The notes below the pieces were generated by a model. The model worked only from the letters and a program-made list of their open reading frames with translations, had not been told where the DNA came from and searched no databases. A DNA stretch of 64,000 bases from Octopus vulgaris (taxonomy: Eukaryota): assembly GCA_951406725.2 (NCBI GenBank), contig OX597825.1, forward strand, positions 18,476,001-18,540,000, in the 5' to 3' direction. Position numbers and translations under genes: made by a program. Shown here in pieces: positions 56,044 through 64,000 of this stretch. Every line of letters begins with the position of its first letter. Within the stretch, counting starts at the first letter, position 1.

Positions 56044-56415
56044 TCTCTTTTACCCTCTTTTACTTGTATCAATCACTTGACTGTGGTCATGCTGCAGCAC
56101 TAGGACTTATAATTTGTAAGCCTAGTACTTATTCCATCGGTCTCTTTAGCCGAACCGCTAAGTTACGGGGATGTAAACACACCAGCATCGACGGGCTTCT
56201 TTCAGTTTCCGTCTACCAAATCCACTCACAAGGCTTTGGTCGGCCCGAGGCTTTGGTCGGCCCGAGGCTTTGGTCGGCCCGAGGCTTTGGTCGGCCCGAG
56301 GCTTTAGTCGGCCCGAGGCTATTGTATAAGACAGTTGCCCAAGGTGCCACGCAGTGGGACTGAACCCGAAACCATGTGGTTCATAAGCACTTACCACACA
56401 GCCATTCCTACGCCT
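56044..56415 (-). mobile_element. SINE family A with the central microsatellite deleted and a 5x 17-bp internal amplification
   Basis: (aggctttggtcggcccg)x5 at 56231-56315; direct junction 'cagcatcg|acgggcttc'. Confidence 0.9.
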
Positions 56416-56495
56416 ATTCATCCCTTCATCCATCCATCCATCCATCTACTGTCTATATTTTCATCTGTTGTGTTTGGGCCTCTCTGTCTCCTAAA

Positions 56496-56535
<40 letters not shown>

Positions 56536-58515
56536 ATATATATATATATATATATATCTAATGTCCACGCTGTGTGCTCATGCTAGCTACTTTCAATGGC
56601 TTTTGTGCACTGGGCCCTCCAACAAGAAATAGCATCAACGATAACGGCACAAAACTATTATGATCTCTTGGACGTTGACTGATGAGGAATAAGCTACAAA
56701 TTTTCTGGTTGTTAGGCTTTTGTCAAATTTTCTGTGTTTTGCTAAATATTCTGCTTATTTCTTTATTAAAAATTCCTGGCCTAAACAACTATAGCAACTA
56801 TAGCAACTGCAACTACTCTACAAAAATCAAATTAGGATAATAATATAGTTCCTTGTACTAGTCAAAACCTGACAACTTGACAAGAAGTCTTTAATCATAA
56901 ATTTCAAAGACCCCAGTAGGAATAATAATGAAGTGTGCCGTGTCCGCCTGCGTACAATTTCAGAAAGTGTTTAATGTTATTCGGGGGAAATCAGTCACAT
57001 TTCTGGATATACTTTCTGATGTACATTAATTTCTGATAACGCTTGTATAGTATTGTCATTTATATGTATATGTATAGTTGTGCATAAAAGAGTAAGATTA
57101 TCTAATTCTACAATCATATGAATTAGTGATAGCATTTTCCCTTGTCCATGTCAATTACCAAGATACTTTACAGTTCTAATCCTGTTGTTAAGTGTGTATT
57201 GGCGTTGAAATACTGTGGAACATTTTCCATGGAGAAACGACGCCAGCTGTCATGTGATTGGCTTATTGAATGATGAGTGCATGATTTGTAGTCATCATTT
57301 GTTGAGTGAAACCCCACGTATCCGATGGTGATATATACTAATCCAGCGGTATACAATTTCAGTTGAGTGACTTAACTCATTTAGTTTTAAGTGTTTTTCT
57401 GAGGGATAAAGCCAAATATTGACAGATAATCCTTCAGACATGCAGTATTTCGAAATGGGAACCAGAAGTTGTATAATATATGCAAATAGCGACGAATTTA
57501 CATGGTATGCCTGAAAAATAGGACCCTCTTAAAGAACAATATTTGTGAAGATATTTACCTTTGATTGTAAACGTTTCGCTGCTGATTATCCCCTGTTGAG
57601 CCCTGATCGAAGTGATTAATGATCAATGGGGCTTCAGCTGCAAACAGCCGTCCCTTTTCTTTATCCAAGAATCCTATTGCTTATAATGTTATATATTTTA
57701 AAGACAATGATGGGATTTAAGGTAAATTTGAAAGCTATTTCTGGGAAGATCAACGACCAAGAAACAGCTTCCAAGCATGACCACAGAGTGTTTGATTTAC
57801 TGCCTTGCTTCATATTCAACAGTGTTTATAAACCAAACATACATGTTTCAGAGAATGGGTTTGAATTTATATAATTCATGTGTAACATCTCTACAATTTT
57901 ATTTCATTTTAAATACGTCATACTGTCAATTTGATAAAAAAAAAACATAGCACTAACGGTAATACAATAAAGAATAACAATTGTATAACCCATCTTGCAA
58001 CAAAAATTAGTGTCGGTAAAACTGTAAAGGAAATATGAAATAATGAAACATATGATTCAACATTGTGAAGAAACACAATACATTTTAAAGAGGACGAATT
58101 AATTAGAGACGTATGACTGGTACCAGGATGCATTTCAAGAAGAAATACATGATCTTCGATGGATTTGTCTTCTATTCACTTATAAAGAGAAACCATTTGT
58201 TTCCAGAGATAGGAAGTGACCTTAATAAAAGATACGAAAATCGAAATAACATAATACGCATACTCATATTTTAATGAACATAGTTTGTTAAATTCTAAGT
58301 AATGGTTACCTATAATTTTCAAGTTTCAGAACCTTATGCTCCTTGAGACAAGGGTGGGAATTCTACTAAATAAAGGAAATACGAAATAGTATGTTGATTA
58401 ACAGATGGCCAAAAGCGTTATCATTCTGGAGTAATAGAAAATACATACATGCAAAAATGTGTGTGTGCGCTTATGTATGAATGCATTTATGTATGATTCT
58501 TTCTATCTATCTATA

Positions 58516-58569
<54 letters not shown>

Positions 58570-58578
<9 letters not shown>

Positions 58579-58781
58579 TTATATTTTTTTTATATTTTAT
58601 TTAATTTTTTAATTTTTTTTGTTCTTTTCTTCCCTTTTACGATCCCTCTTGATCGAAAACCTACGCCACCCCTTTTTTATTCTCTTTTGTTTTTTTTTGT
58701 TTTTTTTTTCATCCCCCAAAAGAAAAGCTCTACCTTGTAACTTGTCCCATCTGTGTGCAGCCCTGTGTGGCCAATAAAGAA
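58570..58781 (+). mobile_element. Probable 5'-truncated LINE 3' UTR inserted in (TATC)n
   Basis: (TATC)n on both sides; T-rich body ending cttgtcccatctgtgtgcagccctgtgtggccaataaagaaa, homologous to the SINE B tail. Confidence 0.55.
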
Positions 58782-58783
58782 AC

Positions 58784-58847
<64 letters not shown>

Positions 58848-59337
58848 ATATCTATCTATCTATCTGCCTGTCTATCTATCTATATTCCTGTCTGTCTATC
58901 TATTTATCTCTCTGTATATGTTATATATTAGTAAGCTGACATAAAGTACATTTCTAACAGCACTTCAGATACTTGGAATCATTGGAGTTGATTCGAATTC
59001 TTCCTTAAGGAAAAATTAAGAACAACATCTCTCCGAACATCAAATGATGTTAGGAATAACGAATATAATCCAAGTGGGAACTAAGTATAGCAAAATATTT
59101 CACCGTTTGATGCATTCACTTCGGTTGCTGGAGGATATTTTTTCACTAAAACGTTGGTAGCTAAATTTGATTCTAAGGGTCGTTACCCTCTGGAAAACCC
59201 TTGCAAAGGAAGCTTAACAAAGGCCTCAAATCTTTATAAACCTCACTTATCTCATAAATAATTACTTTTCTTTCTTTATTTATTTATTTAGTTCTGTCTC
59301 TCACCCTATAAATATAATATATATATATATATACATT

Positions 59338-59366
<29 letters not shown>

Positions 59367-59370
<4 letters not shown>

Positions 59371-59840
59371 TGACAGGACACAGAAAGTGTGTCTATGGCC
59401 AGCTGGAGGAGTGTGTCCTCCTGGGGCTAAAAACTACAGTAGCATCCACCCTTAGGGGTAGCCATATTGAGATGGCAAATATACGTCACGATGTGTTACC
59501 GCTACGGTATATAACTCACTTTGATATTTATCATTGTTTGATTTCACTTTTTCAATATCAGCGACAGTGGACGCTGGAAAAAGTATAAGTATTTGTGAAG
59601 GAGATCTAATTCTCGCCGACAACTATGATTGTCACACGCTGACGAGAGGTCAATACCTCGAAACTCGAGTCCGTGTGTATCATAAGTTGAAGACGGGAAG
59701 GATGACTTCCCTTTGCAAATACTGACAGGACACAGAAAGTGTGTCTATGGCCAGCTGGAGGAGTGTGTCCTCCTGGGGCTAAAAACTACAGTAGCATCCA
59801 CCCTTAGGGGTAGCAATATTGAGATGGCAAATATACGTCA

Positions 59841-59844
<4 letters not shown>
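59367..59844 (+). mobile_element. Retrozyme-like element: 1.36 copies of a 352-bp monomer with an intact hammerhead, inserted in (TA)n
   Basis: 126-bp direct repeats 59367-59492 and 59719-59844 with one mismatch; (TA)n on both flanks; no recognisable protein. Confidence 0.88.
59620..59689 (+). ncRNA. Type I hammerhead ribozyme with intact core; predicted cleavage after GUC (C59671)
   Basis: CAACUAUGAU-ugu-CACACG / CUGACGA / GAGGU caau ACCUC / GAAA / CUCGAG / UC / CGUGUG-u-AUCAUA-AGUUG. Confidence 0.92.
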
Positions 59845-59874
<30 letters not shown>

Positions 59875-62146
59875 TTGTATATATACACATGCATACATAT
59901 ACACACACATCTGCATACATACACATTCACACAAAATCGTGTATATGTAGGTATTAGCTTTTCGCGACAGTAGCAGTATTCGTTGTATTAGATACGCTTT
60001 TATCCTTATATCTTACTTAAAGCATATATATTATTGAAAGCTTTTTAGTCACTCTGTAACTATATCATTTGGCCTCCGATTTTTGCTTACCACGTGACAC
60101 TTGTGGATTCTTGATACCGATGAATCCAAAAGAAGCAGACGTGCATACTTAGAAATACCACTGCCGCTGCTAGACAGATTTTGCCTACCGCTGAATATAT
60201 TTCTGTGGTTTTTAACATTGTACATGCATAATATATAGATGGGAGAGAAACACCAGTTATCTCCCATCTATATATATAAACTGGTCATATATGTACATTA
60301 TATGGGAACCGTCATGTTGCAGAGACTAAACTTTATTAGTCACATGAAAAGTTACAACACTGAATAACGAAATCGGTATCCTTTATATGATCGTTCCTCT
60401 TTCTGGAAATAATAAAAATTCCTTCAAATCATTTTCACTTTTTTTACACTTAAAGAGAAATGCGATATTAGATAACGTAATTATGAATACAAGGTAGTCA
60501 ATACTGGAATGCATATGACTCTGAGCATGTTTGATGATAACTAATCAACAGCAGATTTGTTAAATTTTGCTGTATCCAATCACTATAGATAAAAGTGTCA
60601 TTCTCTGTTGTATTAATAAGAGAGGTATTCGTTGGTCAGTTCAAACTTGAATGATTTGATGTTTTAGTTCAAGCAAGTGACTAATATGTACACATAATAG
60701 TTAATATAAGGGCTAGGCAGGGAAACAAAGCGGGGTGAGAAGATGGGATCTAGTGTATCGATTCAGGTGTGAAAGAAATGGTAAATATCTTTAGCTATTT
60801 TTGGAGCTGAAATCTTCGTACTTACGCAGAACCCACAGAGTGAGAGAACAACGCTTAGAAAGCATAATAGTGTTATGTGGGTTCAGTTTTCTGATATGGA
60901 TCTAGCTAGACTATTCAAGTTATTCACTAGCCACTAAAACAAGAAATATTTTCTGACTCTGAAAGGAAAGCAATTGTTTCAGATATAAATTTGCGATGTT
61001 ATGAACCTAGACATGGCGGCGATATGCTCAATAAACATACGGAATTAATTTGAGAATAATTTTCTGTTGTCAAAGATTATGGAATTTCAGATAGGTGATG
61101 TTCTCCTTGATATAAGTAGCGAATATGTCTGTGTGATGACCCATATGAAAAATTATAATGGGAGCCGTGAGACATCTAGGATAAGCTGTACCTAATCAGC
61201 CTCATTTGTTCTTGCATATTTTGAGACATATTCAAAATAATTTTCAATTTTTCCAGCATAGAAGTTTTCAGTTTTACCAGACAGTACAGCTTTGAGTAAG
61301 TGTAAAGACTGAACGAAAAATGCAAGTCTTCATAAGCAAATACAGAAACAAAGTCAGATCAGTTCGATAATATACATTTATGAGTATAAGGAAGCATGTG
61401 TAATTTTCACACATACACACACAAACATATATATTTGAATATTGCAGGACCTGGCTGTGGTTGAATATGTGACATATGTGACTATTTCATAAAGTTAGTA
61501 AGTAGCCATATAAAATGCCTAGAAATATTTGATGCGTTCTTTTGAATTCAGAGTACAAAAATAAACCGGAGCCGCAACATGAATGACAATTTATTAAAGA
61601 CTTTGGAAGAGAGTGGAAAGATAGTAACTGATCAGCGAAAAGAATAACTTCGATAGCAATATTAGTTTGTTCTAATAATAAATGTTTATAAAATGTTTCT
61701 TAAAATTTTACAACTAGAAACTGGATATTGGCCAGAACATTATATAAAACCTATTGAAAATGTTGATGAAATGTTGGGAGGTGGAGTAATATTTTTGGAA
61801 ATCCTTTAGCTTTTATATAAACTTCGAAAAAGAAAAACACTTCATATTGGTTTGGGTGTTTCTCCATACAAAGTCCCTAGAAATGATGGTCAGGTTCCTA
61901 AGATATTATCCATTCTCCACGAAGAAATGTTGTTTTAATGAGCCAACTTAAAATGTAATAATAGTGAAAACCGCTGGATCCAAGTGAAGTTTGATTTGAC
62001 CTGATCATATACAGTTTTAGATTTCATAAATCACAAAAATAGCAGAGGTTCGAAGGTTTAAGAGGATCGGGTGAAGTTTTGACATGATAAATTTATGCTT
62101 AATAAAACTTATTCATGCAAAGAATTATTCACGTTACCTTCTCTCA

Positions 62147-62205
<59 letters not shown>

Positions 62206-62937
62206 TCTCTTATAATTACAGTTACTTGAATTTCAGTACCTTACATTACACCAGAAGCTCATTAGCCCTTCACAGAAGTGTAATTATCAAGCGACCTGGA
62301 AGATAATATTTTGCTTAGCATCGCTAATAAATCCAAGAATCATACTGAATTAATCTACTTCTCGGAAACTTGTCAAAAATTTATTTGAAAAAAAAACAAA
62401 ACATGTATTTAAAACGTCCTTTAAAAGTTTACTTTATTTCACATACTTTATTCCAATTTTTTATCTTTATATATTTAACTTTGAGTTCTTTACAAAATTA
62501 ATTTTTCTATAAAGCTAGCGAAATAATAATAACGCAAAAGAGAAAAAAATATTATCTCCATTCTGCTTTCCAAAAATTATATCCTTTTCAGCAATTTCAT
62601 CGCCACACAATATAAGCGAATTTGGAACGGAAATCGTAGAAACGTCACCGACTTAAGACATACAATTACTGTCATTCACTGCATGTTAATATTCCGCTAT
62701 TGTTACTTATCCTAGTTTTGCAGTTTCGCCACATCTTTCATTTAGTTATTACTGTTTCACTTCAGAAAAAACGCTTCATTCCATGTTAATTTTTATTTTA
62801 AGTAATTGCTTTAAAAATATATTTCTCTTCACTAACGACCCATTGATATTTTTATTGAGAGAGGAAATTTTGTATTCTTTATGTAGTTTATTCAGAATAT
62901 TAATGAATTAATTAAAATTATATATACATATATGTGT

Positions 62938-63031
<94 letters not shown>

Positions 63032-63325
63032 GTGTAAATATAGATACAGCCACACACATACACACACTCACTCACATGGATATATACACATATATATATA
63101 CACACATATTTATTGATATAAGACATTACTTATTTTGGTTTTTCATTGGTGTCTTTATAGTAGTACATCACATTTCTTCAATTTATCACTTAGTTTCAAT
63201 AACGCGCAATCATTCTCATATACATATACAGAAAGTAGATCACTGTAAACACGTGTTACAAATGCATATGAGAATATGTATGTATGTATATATATGTTCG
63301 TATATATAAATATGTGTGTGTGCGT

Positions 63326-63383
<58 letters not shown>

Positions 63384-63472
63384 AGAGAAACAGGGACATA
63401 AATAGAGACGTAAACAATGAGAGTGGGAGAATAAAGGATATACATGTAAACATGTGTACATACATACATAAA

Positions 63473-63519
<47 letters not shown>

Positions 63520-63532
<13 letters not shown>

Positions 63533-63893
63533 AAAGCTGAAGTTCTCTGTGTATGGCGGGTTTGGTAGCCTTTAACTAACACTATCTCCTCCGAGACCCT
63601 GCGGCACCAGTTCACCAAAATTGAAAGTTTGATAGTAGAAGGCTTGCTCCTCCTTCCGTAGAAGAACAAATTCAAATTTGACCATGTTAACACCAAAAAT
63701 CATTTCCAAAAAGGGTGCTTTTTTTCTATGAAAATCCATATTTTTTACTATGTTTTGACTGCTGTTTATTTCCACAAGAAAAGTGTTCACTTAAAGAGAA
63801 TAACAAGCTACATAATGCAAAATTTTTACTTTCCGAAAATTTCTATTCTAAAGTGTCGAAACAAACCCGAGCAACGCCGGGCATTAATGCTAG
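63520..63893 (+). mobile_element. Non-autonomous Helitron-like element
   Basis: Subterminal GC hairpin cccgagcaacgccggg (63866-63881), then CTAG|T (63890-63894). The 5' end 'tatgtataaagctgaagtt' merges into (TA)n. Confidence 0.75.
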
Positions 63894-63938
63894 TATATAT
63901 ATACAAATATATATATATATGTATATGTATGTAAGTAT

Positions 63939-63971
<33 letters not shown>

Positions 63972-64000
63972 TGTGTGTGTATGTATGTATATACACACAC

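Noticed and set aside
56231-56320. CRISPR-like short direct repeats
   Set aside because: Contiguous 17-mers with no spacers, inside a eukaryotic SINE.
56675-56705. Hammerhead core CTGATGAG
   Set aside because: No stem II partner, GAAA or cleavage triplet follows.
59367-59844. TRIM or mini LTR retrotransposon interpretation
   Set aside because: The repeats do not end in the TG...CA pattern, I see no PBS or PPT, and the interior is a hammerhead. Not fully excluded without seeing other copies.

Overview
AT-rich, extremely microsatellite-dense eukaryotic DNA with one 100-N assembly gap (40426-40525). I find no confidently supportable host protein-coding gene. Almost all ORFs in the supplied track are translations of simple repeats or SINEs. 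The repeat content (several tRNA-derived SINE families with CORE-, V- and Meta-like domains, plus long (TA)n/(TATC)n/(AAT)n arrays) resembles an octopus or other coleoid cephalopod intron or intergenic region; this taxonomic call is inference. Decayed autonomous elements include a near full-length mariner transposase pseudogene, two R4/Dong-clade endonuclease fragments and two RTE-clade fragments. A mariner MITE and a non-autonomous Helitron are also present. The most interesting signal is a set of type I hammerhead ribozyme (HHR) motifs from several unrelated sequence families. These are: an apparently intact 352-bp, terminally redundant retrozyme-like element in a (TA)n tract (59367-59844); an older tandem of ~310-bp HHR units (22960-23655); a tRNA-headed HHR element with an inverted tail copy (30938-31498); and several decayed Penelope-type remnants. 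All alignments, folds and translations were done by eye, and repeat boundaries are approximate.
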